A stretch of 64,000 nt of DNA from an uncultured Lentisphaeraceae bacterium (GCA_964386865.1 CAYLUN010000020.1:11460-75459), one strand, 5' to 3'. Positions 1-9,649 are shown, numbered from the stretch's first letter. Numbers and translations are program-made. Notes: generated by a model not told the origin, from the letters alone.

Positions 1-1
1 C

Positions 2-949
2 TCCGAGTCGGCGCTCGATGACCGCCACTGGCGCGCCTGCGAGGAAGCCATCCGCGAGTGTGTGGCGGAAGACCGGTTCGGCCCGCTGGCCGCAGACTTA
101 GCCGCCCAGTTGCACACCCTGAACGGCGCCGTGCCCGGCGACCCCGTGGCGGTTCAAGCCCATGTCACCGCGCCTGCGGGAGCCAACGCCGTGGTCACCG
201 CCGACCTGAGCCGCTTCGGCTTGTCGGCCGAGACGCCGCTCGCGCCCGGCAGCAATGGCCTCTACACGACCTCGTTCGCCCTCTCCGCCGACCGGATCAC
301 CCGGCGCTGGAAAGAGTGGCGCCGCACCTGGCCCGGCCCCATCCCCATCACGGTCTCTGCCCGCACGCCCAACACGCTCCCGGCCGGAGGCGTTGGCGTG
401 CTGGCGCTCTATCCGCGCCCCGAGTCCTTCACCTTCTGGAACGAAGGCAACGAGCTTTCGTCGCAAGAGGTCAGCGGCCAAGTAACGCACGAATGCGCGA
501 GAGCCTCCCGCCTCGCTGCCGCCGGGCAGCACGTCCTGCGCCTGACGACCGGCCCCGGCGCGTGGCGCATCCAACTCGGCCTCTCGTACCGGCAATACAA
601 CGTCACCGGCTTCCACGCGCTCACGTTCCTGATCCGCTCGGCCGGCCCCGCGGACGAGGAGATGCTCGTCCACCTCGCCGACAGCCCCGAAGACACGCCC
701 AGCACCGCCACACGCAGCGTTCCGATCCTCGCGGGCAAACACGTCGCAGGCGGCCGCATCCTCCCCGACGCCTACCGCCGCGTCTGCATCCCCATCGCCG
801 AGCTGACGCAGGACGATACTACCTTCAGGCCCGAACTCCTCGGGTGGATCGGGCTCTCGGGTCAAAGCGCCGTCCAGCGCACCTACCTGATCGATAACAT
901 CCGTTTCATCGCGACCCCCGCCGACATGGAACAGGCGGGTCAGGATTAA
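2..949 (+). CDS. hypothetical protein, C-terminal part (5' end lies beyond the window edge)
   Basis: The frame is open from nt 2 through the ORF listed at 62..949. The composition is protein-like and the C-terminus (YLIDNIRFIATPADME) looks like a carbohydrate-binding or beta-sandwich module. No motif supports a specific family. Confidence 0.5.
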   Translation, partial: SESALDDRHWRACEEAIRECVAEDRFGPLAADLAAQLHTLNGAVPGDPVAVQAHVTAPAGANAVVTADLSRFGLSAETPLAPGSNGLYTTSFALSADRITRRWKEWRRTWPGPIPITVSARTPNTLPAGGVGVLALYPRPESFTFWNEGNELSSQEVSGQVTHECARASRLAAAGQHVLRLTTGPGAWRIQLGLSYRQYNVTGFHALTFLIRSAGPADEEMLVHLADSPEDTPSTATRSVPILAGKHVAGGRILPDAYRRVCIPIAELTQDDTTFRPELLGWIGLSGQSAVQRTYLIDNIRFIATPADMEQAGQD

Positions 950-953
950 GATT

Positions 954-3011
954 ATGATTATGAGAATATCATATCGCTCTAGGAACGCCGTTAGCCTCGC
1001 TGCTCCCATTCCTAATCCTAATCTTAATCCTCTCAATCTTCCCCCGCCCATCTTCCGCATCCTGCTCGCCTTCTCGCTCCTCACCACCACCCTCTCCTCT
1101 TTCGCCCAAGACGCGGATTCCGCCGCAGACCAGAAGCTGGAAGCCGTCGCCCAGTTCGTTAAGGACGCTGCCCGCTACGACGAGGCTGCCGCCGCCTGCC
1201 GTGGCATCGCCGACGACGCCCAGTCGCCCGCCAAGGCCCGGCGGCGCGCGTACGACATGCTGATCGACCTGCACTCGCGCCGTAAAGATTACCCCAAGGC
1301 CATCGCCGCCGCCGAGGCGCTCCGGCTCGCCTTCCCCGACAGCGCCGAGATCGACCGGCACGCCATCTTCAAGCTGGCGGACCAGTATGCGCAATGGAAG
1401 GAAGCCGCCAGCAACTCCGCGCCCGCCGTGGCAGCCCTGCAGGCCTTCACGCAGCGCCACGCGGACGACGCCGACTCCTGCTACCAGGCCCTCCTGCGCA
1501 TCGCCCGGCTCCAAACCCGCGCCGGCCAGTACGACGAGGCGCTAACCACGGCGAAGGCCGCGTTCACGCGCGCCGGCGACAACCTGTATCAGGCGCTCGA
1601 AGCCCTCGGCCTGCAGCACGACATCGCCAGCCAGGCGAAGCGCCCGGAAGACCGCCTGCGCGCGCTGGAGGCCCTCTTCGACGAGCGCTATCGCGACATT
1701 GTGAACGACGACACGCTGGCCTACCGCCGCACCCAGTACGCCGACGCCCTGCGCCAGCTCCAGCGTACCGACGACCTCCTGCGCTACCTCGAAGCGAGCG
1801 AGCGGGAGGACGCGTCGCCCGCGCGCCGCCAGCGCTGGTGCTACGATCTCGCCAACACCCTGCGCGACCTGGGCCGGACAAACGAGGCGCTCGTCGTCTA
1901 CGAGCGCGTGTTCACCAGCCATCCCACGGTCAACACGTACTGGAACGACGCGCAGACCCGCATGGTGGACTTGCTTTACGGGCTTGGGCGCGACGACGAC
2001 GCCCTCCGCGCCGCCCACGTGCTCTACGACACCGCGGCGCACAGCGGCACCGCCTCGCACGCCATTCAGCGCATGCTCATGGTCCTGCGCCGCAGCGACC
2101 CGCGCGACCCGCGCGCCGTGGCGCTGGAGGCCATGAACCGCTACGGCCCCGCAGGCAAAGACAGCGAGCCCGGCACCGCCGACGACCCCCAGCCCGTGCT
2201 CCCCGCGCTCGGCTACCCCGACACCCCCTCGCGGCGCAAAGCCTTCGACGCGGCCTCGCCCACGCTCGGCGACGGCGCGAGCGCCTCGCTCCAGCGCGGC
2301 TGGTTCGCCCTCTACACAGCCGAGCCGAAGCAGGCCATCAGCCACTTCGCCGACGCCCTGCGCCGCGCCCCCTCAGCCCGCGCCGCTGACATCGCGCGCG
2401 TCATCGTGCAGAACGGCTTCCGACCGCTTCAGGGCCACAGCGCCGGACTGGAGCCCGTCGCCAACTTCCTCGCCTACGGGCCATCAGGGGCAGACGGCCA
2501 GGCGGGCACTGCGGACGACCTGCCCGACCCCTTCCCCTCGCTCGGCGTGCCGTCCGCCTCAGCCAAGCCCGGCGGTCTCGTGCCGCTCCCAGAGGCTCAG
2601 GTGGGCGACCTTCAGTCGCTGATCGCCGAAACGCGCGAATTCATCCGCCGCTCCGACAGCGCCAAAAAGAAAGCGGCGCTGATCGGCCTCTACGAGCGCG
2701 CCCTCGAAGCCCTGGTGAGTGTGGATCGCCCCGAAACGCTCGCGTGGGTGAAGGCCCAGATGCAGCGCGAGTCCGACGGACAGCTTCTCGCCGCGCTCGC
2801 GCGCTTCGGCGCCACGGTGGCCCGCTCCGACCAATTGCACCTCGCCGCCGCCAGCCACTTCTACGCCGACCTCGCGCGCGCCTACGAGCAAAAACGCAGG
2901 CCGAGGACAAGCTTGCCGAGTCTGTCGCGACGCCGACCTCGCGCGCGCCTACGAGCAAAAACTCCCCGCCGAAATCGCCGATGCCCAGCGCCGCTTCGAA
3001 GCCTCCCGTGA
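954..3011 (+). CDS. secreted TPR-like alpha-helical repeat protein; the 3' end is disrupted by a 67-bp repeat-flanked insertion, and the likely native C-terminus reads in frame +1 to a TAG at 3046-3048
   Basis: The protein is 685 aa with an N-terminal hydrophobic signal-like segment (FRILLAFSLLTTTLSSFAQDA). It has Ala/Leu-rich helical repeats (YDEAL, YQAL, LRIARLQ). A 31-bp direct repeat at 2865-2895 and 2932-2962 flanks a 36-bp segment. After the second copy, frame +1 reads ADLARAYEQKLPAEIADAQRRFEASREPLTKKPATKKR*, whereas the listed frame gives an Arg/Pro-rich tail. Confidence 0.6.
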   Translation: MIMRISYRSRNAVSLAAPIPNPNLNPLNLPPPIFRILLAFSLLTTTLSSFAQDADSAADQKLEAVAQFVKDAARYDEAAAACRGIADDAQSPAKARRRAYDMLIDLHSRRKDYPKAIAAAEALRLAFPDSAEIDRHAIFKLADQYAQWKEAASNSAPAVAALQAFTQRHADDADSCYQALLRIARLQTRAGQYDEALTTAKAAFTRAGDNLYQALEALGLQHDIASQAKRPEDRLRALEALFDERYRDIVNDDTLAYRRTQYADALRQLQRTDDLLRYLEASEREDASPARRQRWCYDLANTLRDLGRTNEALVVYERVFTSHPTVNTYWNDAQTRMVDLLYGLGRDDDALRAAHVLYDTAAHSGTASHAIQRMLMVLRRSDPRDPRAVALEAMNRYGPAGKDSEPGTADDPQPVLPALGYPDTPSRRKAFDAASPTLGDGASASLQRGWFALYTAEPKQAISHFADALRRAPSARAADIARVIVQNGFRPLQGHSAGLEPVANFLAYGPSGADGQAGTADDLPDPFPSLGVPSASAKPGGLVPLPEAQVGDLQSLIAETREFIRRSDSAKKKAALIGLYERALEALVSVDRPETLAWVKAQMQRESDGQLLAALARFGATVARSDQLHLAAASHFYADLARAYEQKRRPRTSLPSLSRRRPRARLRAKTPRRNRRCPAPLRSLP

Positions 3012-3055
3012 GCCTCTCACGAAAAAGCCCGCGACAAAGAAGCGGTAGCTCACGC

Positions 3056-5356
3056 TCATCTGGCCCGCCCGCCTTCGCGGACGCCCGAGATCTCGGCCGC
3101 GGTCAGCGCCCGGCTGTAGAGCCGCACCTCGTCGAGCAGCCCTTTGAAATGCGCCGGGTGATCCGGCGCGTACGAGCCGAGGATGATCGGAAACGCGTTC
3201 GCCCGGACCGGCCCCGGCCGCTCCAGTGAGCCGCACAGTTCGCCGTCCAGGTACACGCGCACGGTCGTTCCGTCGAAGGTGCCCGCCAGGTGCGCCCAGC
3301 GGCCGGTCGGCAGCGCCGCCGCCGCGTGAGCCGTGTGGCTCCAGTCCGTGAGCGGCACGTTGAAGCAGGGGCGGCCTCCCATCACCCCCAGCCGGAACCC
3401 CGTGTCCTCGCCGCCGCCCTGCACCCGGTTCACAATCCACGCCTGCGTCTGCCCGGCCACGTCCGTGCGCACCCAGCACGTCACCGTCAGGCCCGTCGTC
3501 ACGTTGAAGGCCGGGTCGCTCTCGACCCGCACGCAGCCGCCCGTGCAGGCCAGCGCGCGGCCGTCCAGCCCGGCCGCCCGGCCCGCGCCGAGGCACCGCC
3601 CGCCGCGCCGCCGTCCGGAGTAGTCGAACGCGCCCGCCTCCCCGTCCGCCTCGTCGAAGGCCCACCAGGCCACCAGCCCCGGCTCGTCCGCGCCCGGCTT
3701 CGTGACCCGCCGCCGCGCCGCCGCGCGCGCCGCCTCGCGCTCGCGCAGCAGCCCCCGGATCGCCGCGTCATAAGGCCCGAGCCCGACATCCTCTGGCAGC
3801 AGGTCGACGTGCGGCCCCGCGCCGGGCGCGAACACCTCGCGCACCGCGTCCAGGTAGCCGAACCCGTACTCGCGGTAGGGCGCCAGGTAGTGCCCCTCGC
3901 CCCACTCGTTCCAGTTGTCGAGCAGCAGCATGCGCCGGCCCAGCTCGCCCTCGGGCAGCGTCTCCGCGAACGCCTTGGCCTGCCGCAGCAGGGCCGCGAA
4001 GCCCTCCGGCGGGATCTTCCAGATGCTGCCTTCGTCGCGCCAGCCGCTCCACGCCTGCGACACCGTCACCACCTGCGGCAGCACGGCCAGCTCCTGCGTC
4101 TTACGGATGTACTCCATCTGCCGGGCGATCGCCTCCTCGGGCGGCGGGCTATTTGGGATGGGCCAGCAGTAGGCGAAGGTGTAGTCCAGCCCGAGCCGCT
4201 TCATGAGCTGCAGGTGCTTCGCGTCCTGCCCGCGGTACTCGCCGAGGATCGTCAGTCCCGCGAACCCCGCCTCGCGGCACACCTGACGCATCCGGACGAA
4301 CGCCCGCGCTACCTCCTCCTCGCCGCCGAGGTCTTGGATCAAGAACTCGGGCCTGTAAATGAAGAGCACCGGCTTGTTGTCGACCTTCAGGTACGACGGG
4401 TGCTTGAAGTAGTTCTCCAGCCAGAACGGCAGCAGGTTCTCGAAGAGGTCTTTCTCGTCGGACACGCCGGAGGTGCCGCGCGACTGGTTCTCCCACATGA
4501 TCGTGTACTTCATCTTGTCCATGAAGCGCGACTTGTGGAGCGCGTCGTGGATGGCGCTGCTATAGCGCGTTTTTACCGGCCCGCCCTGCGCCGTCCGGTA
4601 CCAGCAGTAGATGAAAAACGACACGCCGTGCTCCACCGCCCACTTCGTCTCCCAGTCCGCCACCTCGGGGTTCTCCTGCGCGTAGAACCCCAGCGCCGGC
4701 GTGCGCTCGGGGTGCTTGACGATGTTGCTCCACATCTCTGGCTTGTCCTTCTCCCACAGCGGGCAGTGGTGCGCCCCCACCAGCATCTCGGTCTGCACCG
4801 GTTCCGGCGGCGGGATGTAGCCGCGCGCCTTCCCACTTTCAGGCTCTTTACCACTGTTTGTAGTGGCGCCGTCAGGCGCTTCTCCCCCGTTAGCAGCCTT
4901 GAACGCCGCCAGGAAGCACACCCGAATCGCCGCCGTCGCCTCTGTCTTTCCGTCGGCCGCAACCTCCAGCACCAGCTCGCCGCCGCAGGCGCCCGCCGCC
5001 TCCACCGTCCACCGGAACTCCTTCTGGCCGCCGGGCAGCACGGAGGCCGGCCCGCCGGCCAGCGGAGCCACCTTGACCCCGGCCGGCGCCGCGAGCGTCG
5101 CCGTCACCGCCACGTCCGTTTCCGCGTGGTTCTCGACCACCGCCACCACCGGCTCAGGCCGCCCTGCGCGGCACACGTTCGCCTCCGGCTCAAACCGCCG
5201 AAGTTGCACCCGAGGCGGCGCTCCGCTTGTAGGGGTGCCGAGAGGCGCTTCCCCTGTTGCACAGCATGCGACAACCGCCAGCAGCCATGTGCAGCGCCGC
5301 ACGGCGCCGCGACAACCGAATGCTGATTGCACATCCCCTCCGCGGGCCTTCATCAT
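3056..5356 (-). CDS. glycoside-hydrolase-like protein with a C-terminal LamG/concanavalin-A-like lectin domain
   Basis: The 766-aa ORF has a strongly protein-like core rich in W/Y/F (WENQSRGTSGV...LPFWLENYFKHPSYLKVDNKPVLFIYRPEF), typical of a TIM-barrel GH. The C-terminus (HFKGLLDEVRLYSRALTAAEI) matches the LamG-type 'LDEVRIYNRALS' signature. The N-terminus carries a signal/lipobox-like LLAVVACCATG. The antisense ORF 3290..5326 is RP-rich and rejected. Confidence 0.65.
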   Translation of the reverse strand: MMKARGGDVQSAFGCRGAVRRCTWLLAVVACCATGEAPLGTPTSGAPPRVQLRRFEPEANVCRAGRPEPVVAVVENHAETDVAVTATLAAPAGVKVAPLAGGPASVLPGGQKEFRWTVEAAGACGGELVLEVAADGKTEATAAIRVCFLAAFKAANGGEAPDGATTNSGKEPESGKARGYIPPPEPVQTEMLVGAHHCPLWEKDKPEMWSNIVKHPERTPALGFYAQENPEVADWETKWAVEHGVSFFIYCWYRTAQGGPVKTRYSSAIHDALHKSRFMDKMKYTIMWENQSRGTSGVSDEKDLFENLLPFWLENYFKHPSYLKVDNKPVLFIYRPEFLIQDLGGEEEVARAFVRMRQVCREAGFAGLTILGEYRGQDAKHLQLMKRLGLDYTFAYCWPIPNSPPPEEAIARQMEYIRKTQELAVLPQVVTVSQAWSGWRDEGSIWKIPPEGFAALLRQAKAFAETLPEGELGRRMLLLDNWNEWGEGHYLAPYREYGFGYLDAVREVFAPGAGPHVDLLPEDVGLGPYDAAIRGLLREREAARAAARRRVTKPGADEPGLVAWWAFDEADGEAGAFDYSGRRRGGRCLGAGRAAGLDGRALACTGGCVRVESDPAFNVTTGLTVTCWVRTDVAGQTQAWIVNRVQGGGEDTGFRLGVMGGRPCFNVPLTDWSHTAHAAAALPTGRWAHLAGTFDGTTVRVYLDGELCGSLERPGPVRANAFPIILGSYAPDHPAHFKGLLDEVRLYSRALTAAEISGVREGGRAR

Positions 5357-5813
5357 TGGACACTCCTTGTTCGCTTAAGACCGGTGACTCGCCAGTACGG
5401 CCGGCGCTACGAGCCGGCCGCCCCTTGGACGCTAAGCGCTCCGCCGTTATCCCCTACGACCCCGGGGTCGGCCGCCCGCGGCTCCGTCCACTTCGGAAAC
5501 GACGCCGGCCGGCCTAACTCCTCCGCATCCATCGACGCCCCCGCCACCCGAGCGCCAGTTGGCCTTTACCCAGTTACGCATAATATTTTGTTATACGCAA
5601 CCCAAAAGGCCCGCTCGCGCATTCCCGACACACGACGCCTAACGGACTCGCGCCCTTATCGCATTACCACAGATTATGTTACGCTGCGCCCGAACAAAAT
5701 CGTTGACCATCATCCGGCCACGCGTTACGTTAAAGGCATGAGTTGGTCTTTTCGTGGTCGAGAAGGGCCCAACACACTGTTGGGCATCGATCGGAACACG
5801 AAACGAGGAGAAC

Positions 5814-6257
5814 ATGATGAGTGCGAGTCGCATAGTGAGCGCTGTACTTCTTGCATGTTGCACATGCATGACTGCCTTGGCCGGAGGCTCGGCTCTTGAA
5901 GGAACGTGGGGCAACCCAGACAAGGCGACAGGCGGCATTACGAAGATGGTCATCTCGAAGAGTGGCTCGAACTACGTGATTCAGGCGTGGGGGAAATGCA
6001 GCCCAAACGACTGCGACTGGGGAAAGGCTAACCTACATTTGATAGCGTCGTGTCCGGCTTCGACAAACGTATCGAGTGCGCTCGCTACGTGGGATCAAGG
6101 CCATGCAATGCAATATATGGTACTACAGATCGAGCCCGCTCACCCGAACGCTCAGGTGCTGGTCCAAACATTCACAGTTTTCAAGGATGCTTCTAAGCGA
6201 TCCAACTTCCGCGCGTTGTATCTTTTGCAGAAAGAAGTGAAGGTGGAAGCAGAATAG
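5814..6257 (+). CDS. small secreted hypothetical protein (~148 aa) lying in a low-GC pocket
   Basis: An ATGATG start at 5814 follows the RBS 'gaggag' at 5805-5810. The signal peptide is MMSASRIVSAVLLACCTCMTALAGG. Local GC is about 50%, against about 65% for the flanks. The upstream 450 bp is AT-rich and non-coding. Confidence 0.5.
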   Translation: MMSASRIVSAVLLACCTCMTALAGGSALEGTWGNPDKATGGITKMVISKSGSNYVIQAWGKCSPNDCDWGKANLHLIASCPASTNVSSALATWDQGHAMQYMVLQIEPAHPNAQVLVQTFTVFKDASKRSNFRALYLLQKEVKVEAE

Positions 6258-6291
6258 AAACCCAGCCAGGGGGTTGCTGGCTCCGCCCGCG

Positions 6292-7383
6292 TTAGACGAG
6301 GCGCGGAGCGCGCTTCGCCTCCTCCACCATCGCGAGAACATTTTCCAGCGGCGTGCCGGCCTGCACGTTGTGGCAGGAGCAGCAGATGTAGCCCTGGCCG
6401 CCCGCGCCGAGCGTCCGCAGGCACTCGCGCGTCTCGGCGCGCACGATCGCCGGCGTGCCGAAGGGCAGCACGCTCTGGTTGTCCACTCCGCCGTGGAAGA
6501 TCACGCGGCCGCCGAACTCAGCCTTGAGTTCAGCCAGATCCATGCCCGGACAGGCGTGCTGGATGGGATTGAGCACATCAATGCCACACGCGACGATGTC
6601 GCTCAAGAGCGGGCGCGCCGCGCCGTCGGTGTGGTAGAAAACCTTCAGCCCGTGCGCGTGGATCAGGTCGCACCAGCGCGTGAGGCGCGGCTGCAGGTGG
6701 CGCCGCCACATCTCGGGCGACATGATCAGGCTCGTCTGGCCCGCGATGTCGTCACTGATAAACACCAAGTCGAGCGCCTTGCCCGCCCGCGCGAAGAACC
6801 GCTTCATCATCTCGGTCTGGATGCCCTCGATGCGGTCCAGCACGGCGTCCACGTAGTCGGGGTCGAGCGCGAGATCCATCATCGCCTGCTCCAGCCCGCG
6901 CATCTGGCAATAGATCTCGTAGAAGGAGACCCACGGGCCGATCACGGCGAACTCCTTCGAGGCCTCCTTCGCCTTCGCCACCGCGCCGTCGTAGTCGAAC
7001 TTGTCCACCGAAGGCCAAAACGGATAGCCGGCCAGCGACTCCGGCGTGTCGAAGCCGCCCAGCGGCGCCTCGCCGAACTCGGCGTAGTAGGAGTCGCCGG
7101 TCTGGATGCCCTTGAGCGGCACGCCCCACATCGTGCGGCTGCCGCCCGACTCCGCGCCGGCGCCGGACTGTGCGCCCGCCCGCTCGCCGGTGTCGGCCTT
7201 GTAGTCCATGAAGACCCAGACGATCTTGTCGAGCCCCAGCGCGCGGTAGACGCCCAGGTCGTCCGCCGCGCCGAAATGCTTGCGCAGCGCGGCGCCGATC
7301 TCCGGCGTGTGCCACAGGTCCACCGGCGCGCGGTCGGTCGGCTGGCGGTTCAGTGTCGCGAGAATGCGTTGCTTCGGCGTCAT
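6292..7383 (-). CDS. uroporphyrinogen decarboxylase (URO-D)/MtaA-CmuA-family protein
   Basis: The 363-aa protein has the URO-D fold signature along its full length (RILATLNRQPTDRAPV, VFYHTDGAARPLL, IFHGGVDNQSVLPFGTP). Confidence 0.8.
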   Translation of the reverse strand: MTPKQRILATLNRQPTDRAPVDLWHTPEIGAALRKHFGAADDLGVYRALGLDKIVWVFMDYKADTGERAGAQSGAGAESGGSRTMWGVPLKGIQTGDSYYAEFGEAPLGGFDTPESLAGYPFWPSVDKFDYDGAVAKAKEASKEFAVIGPWVSFYEIYCQMRGLEQAMMDLALDPDYVDAVLDRIEGIQTEMMKRFFARAGKALDLVFISDDIAGQTSLIMSPEMWRRHLQPRLTRWCDLIHAHGLKVFYHTDGAARPLLSDIVACGIDVLNPIQHACPGMDLAELKAEFGGRVIFHGGVDNQSVLPFGTPAIVRAETRECLRTLGAGGQGYICCSCHNVQAGTPLENVLAMVEEAKRAPRLV

Positions 7384-7678
7384 GCGCCCCCCTTGTCAAA
7401 CGGTTGCTTAACCTTCTCACATGATTATAGAGGCGATGCGGAGCGGAACCAATGACTTTTTCGCGCATTGTTTCAACTCTCCCGCACGGCCTGCTGCCGG
7501 CGATCAGTTGGTGACTGGGATCGCGAATCTCATGCGTGTTGGGCGCGAAGCCACGGGAGCGTCTGCTCGTCCGGGCAAGCAGACGCTTTCCCCTCCCTCA
7601 GCCGAACGGTCATCCGAAACGCGATAATCCTCGCACCCCCCGTCACCAACCGATTGCCCGACTGCCGGGCGATTTGGG

Positions 7679-7708
7679 TTGCGACCCCGCCTTAAGACCC
7701 TGTATAGT
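7679..7708 (+). promoter_or_regulatory. putative sigma70-type promoter of the sulfatase gene
   Basis: The -35 element TTGCGA (7679-7684), an 18-nt spacer and the -10 element TATAGT (7703-7708) sit about 25 nt upstream of the ATG at 7733. The RBS is 'ggaaggg' at 7720-7726. Confidence 0.3.
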
Positions 7709-7732
7709 CAACCGCATCGGAAGGGCAAGACT

Positions 7733-9205
7733 ATGACCTGTGCCTCCACCCGCAGAGACTTTATTAAAGCTGCCGGCTACACCGCCTGCGGCACGTTGTT
7801 ACCGTGCGTGTTGCGCGCGGCCGGCGATACGGCGGCCCCGCCGACACGCCCGAACATCGTCCTGCTTATGACCGACGACCAGGGTTGGGGCCAGACCGGC
7901 TACAACGGCCACCCGCTCCTCAAGACGCCGAACCTCGACGCGATGGCCGCCAGTGGCCTGCGCCTTGACCGCTTCTACGCGGCCGCGCCGGTCTGCTCGC
8001 CCACGCGCGCCAGCGTGCTCACCGGCCGCTCGCCCGACCGCTCCGGTGTGCACAACCACGGTTGCGCGCTGCGCCTGCAGGAGCGCGCCCTGCCCGCCGC
8101 GCTCAAAGCGGCCGGCTACGCCACCGGCCACTTCGGCAAGTGGCACCTCAACGGGTTCAAAGGGCCCGGCGCGCCCATCCTCGGAGACGACGCGCACAAC
8201 CCCGGCGCGTTCGGCTTCGACGAGTGGCTCTCGATGACCAACTACTTCGACCGCGACCCCGTCATGAGCCGCAAAGGCGTTTTCACGGAACTCACGGGCG
8301 ACCCTTCGGAAATCATCGTCGGCGAGGCGCTGACCTTCATACGCGCTCAGGCCGCCTCGAAGAAGCCCTTCTTGGCGGTCATCTGGACTGGCTCGCCCCA
8401 CGGCCCGTGGGACGCCAGCGAGGAGGACGCCAAGCCGTTCGCCGCGCTGAACGAGTCGAGCCGCGAGCACTACGGCGAACTGGCGGCCTTCGACCGCAGC
8501 GTCGGCGCCTTGCGCAAGGGCCTGCGCGACCTCGGCGTCGCCGAGAACACCCTCGTCTGGTACTGCAGCGACAACGGCGGCCTGCCGAGCATCGAGCCCT
8601 CGACCACCGGGGGCCTGCGCGGCTTCAAGGGCTCGGTCTACGAAGGCGGCCTGCGCGTGCCCGGCGTCATCGAGTGGCCCGCCGTGATCCGGCCGCGCAC
8701 GACGCTCTACCCCGCGTCGACCCTCGACATCTTCCCGACGCTCGCCGACCTGCTCGGCCTGCCCGACGCCGCGCTGCTCAAGCCCGTCGACGGCGCGAGC
8801 CTCAAGCCGCTCTTCGCCGCCGACCTCGCGTCGCGCGAAAAGCCGATCCCCTTCCGCCACATGGGCAAGGGCGCGTGGCTCGACAACACGCACAAGCTGG
8901 TTGCGGCGAACATCGCGAACGAAAAGTTCGAGCTCTACGACCTCGCGACCGATCCCGCCGAAGCCAGGGACCTCTCCGCCGCTCAGCCCGAGCGGTTCGC
9001 GGCGCTGAAGCGCGACTTCCTCGCCTGGCACGCCTCGGTGACCGCCAGCTACGAGGGCAAGGACTATCCGGAGCAGCGCGTCCACGCCGACCATCCCGCC
9101 TCGCGCGGCTGGAACGAAGACCCCCGCTACGCTCCTTATCTCGAGCAGCTCAAGCAGCGCCCCGAGTACAAGCAGTTCCTCGCGCCCAAGAAAGCCAGCC
9201 GCTAA
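7733..9205 (+). CDS. Tat-secreted arylsulfatase (formylglycine-dependent sulfatase family)
   Basis: It has the Tat motif TRRDFIKAAG and the sulfatase signature CSPTRASVLTGR (C-x-P-x-R), with N-terminal LLMTDDQGWG. The start was moved from 7679 to the in-frame ATG at 7733, which precedes the Tat signal. Confidence 0.9.
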   Translation: MTCASTRRDFIKAAGYTACGTLLPCVLRAAGDTAAPPTRPNIVLLMTDDQGWGQTGYNGHPLLKTPNLDAMAASGLRLDRFYAAAPVCSPTRASVLTGRSPDRSGVHNHGCALRLQERALPAALKAAGYATGHFGKWHLNGFKGPGAPILGDDAHNPGAFGFDEWLSMTNYFDRDPVMSRKGVFTELTGDPSEIIVGEALTFIRAQAASKKPFLAVIWTGSPHGPWDASEEDAKPFAALNESSREHYGELAAFDRSVGALRKGLRDLGVAENTLVWYCSDNGGLPSIEPSTTGGLRGFKGSVYEGGLRVPGVIEWPAVIRPRTTLYPASTLDIFPTLADLLGLPDAALLKPVDGASLKPLFAADLASREKPIPFRHMGKGAWLDNTHKLVAANIANEKFELYDLATDPAEARDLSAAQPERFAALKRDFLAWHASVTASYEGKDYPEQRVHADHPASRGWNEDPRYAPYLEQLKQRPEYKQFLAPKKASR

Positions 9206-9211
9206 GAACCC

Positions 9212-9649
9212 TCACCCTCCCACCACGCCTGTCGAAACAATTTCCAGCAGTCGCTCCGGCGTGATGATCGGGCACATCACAGGCCCCTCGATTTCCAGCA
9301 AGTCTCGGTCGCCTGTCACCAGATAGTCCGCCTTGCCCTTGATGGCCGTTGCCAGAAACGGCACATCATGCGGATCGCGGCATTCAGGCACTTTACGCAC
9401 GATGCCCGGAACGACCACTTCCGCGAACTGAAGGAATGTCTTAAGCACGGATCTCTGTTCCTGCGTCGTCAGCGCAAACTTCGGATAGGATAAGACCCGC
9501 ACCAACTCCCCTGCCGTTTCCTTCGACACGAGCGGTATGACCCGTCCGGAGGTCACTAGGTCAAACACGTGGCTGACGCGCCCTGACTTGAACAGCAGGG
9601 CAGACAGCACCACGTTTGTGTCTAGCACGACACGGAAAGCTGTTGTCAT
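9212..9649 (-). CDS. PIN-domain toxin (VapC-like)
   Basis: The N-terminus VVLDTNVVLSALL carries the conserved Asp, and the C-terminus has YLVTGDRDLL, both PIN hallmarks. The start at 9649 overlaps the antitoxin stop by 4 bp (ATGA). The region is lower in GC. Confidence 0.8.
   Translation of the reverse strand: MTTAFRVVLDTNVVLSALLFKSGRVSHVFDLVTSGRVIPLVSKETAGELVRVLSYPKFALTTQEQRSVLKTFLQFAEVVVPGIVRKVPECRDPHDVPFLATAIKGKADYLVTGDRDLLEIEGPVMCPIITPERLLEIVSTGVVGG

Noticed and set aside
1388-1404. ggaaggaagccgcc resembles the SRP-RNA domain IV motif (GGAAGGAAGCAGCC).
   Set aside because: It is inside a well-supported CDS and has one mismatch. No flanking helix structure fits a 4.5S RNA.
3290-5326. Long antisense ORFs rich in Arg/Pro/Gly/Ala opposite real genes (e.g. 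3290..5326 +, 12789..15125 +, 32946..34466 -, 38185..39906 +, 40636..42036 +, 49819..51237 -, 53829..55100 +).
   Set aside because: Their composition is low-complexity RP/GA-rich, typical of stop-codon-poor antisense frames in 65% GC DNA. Each lies opposite an ORF with clear family motifs.
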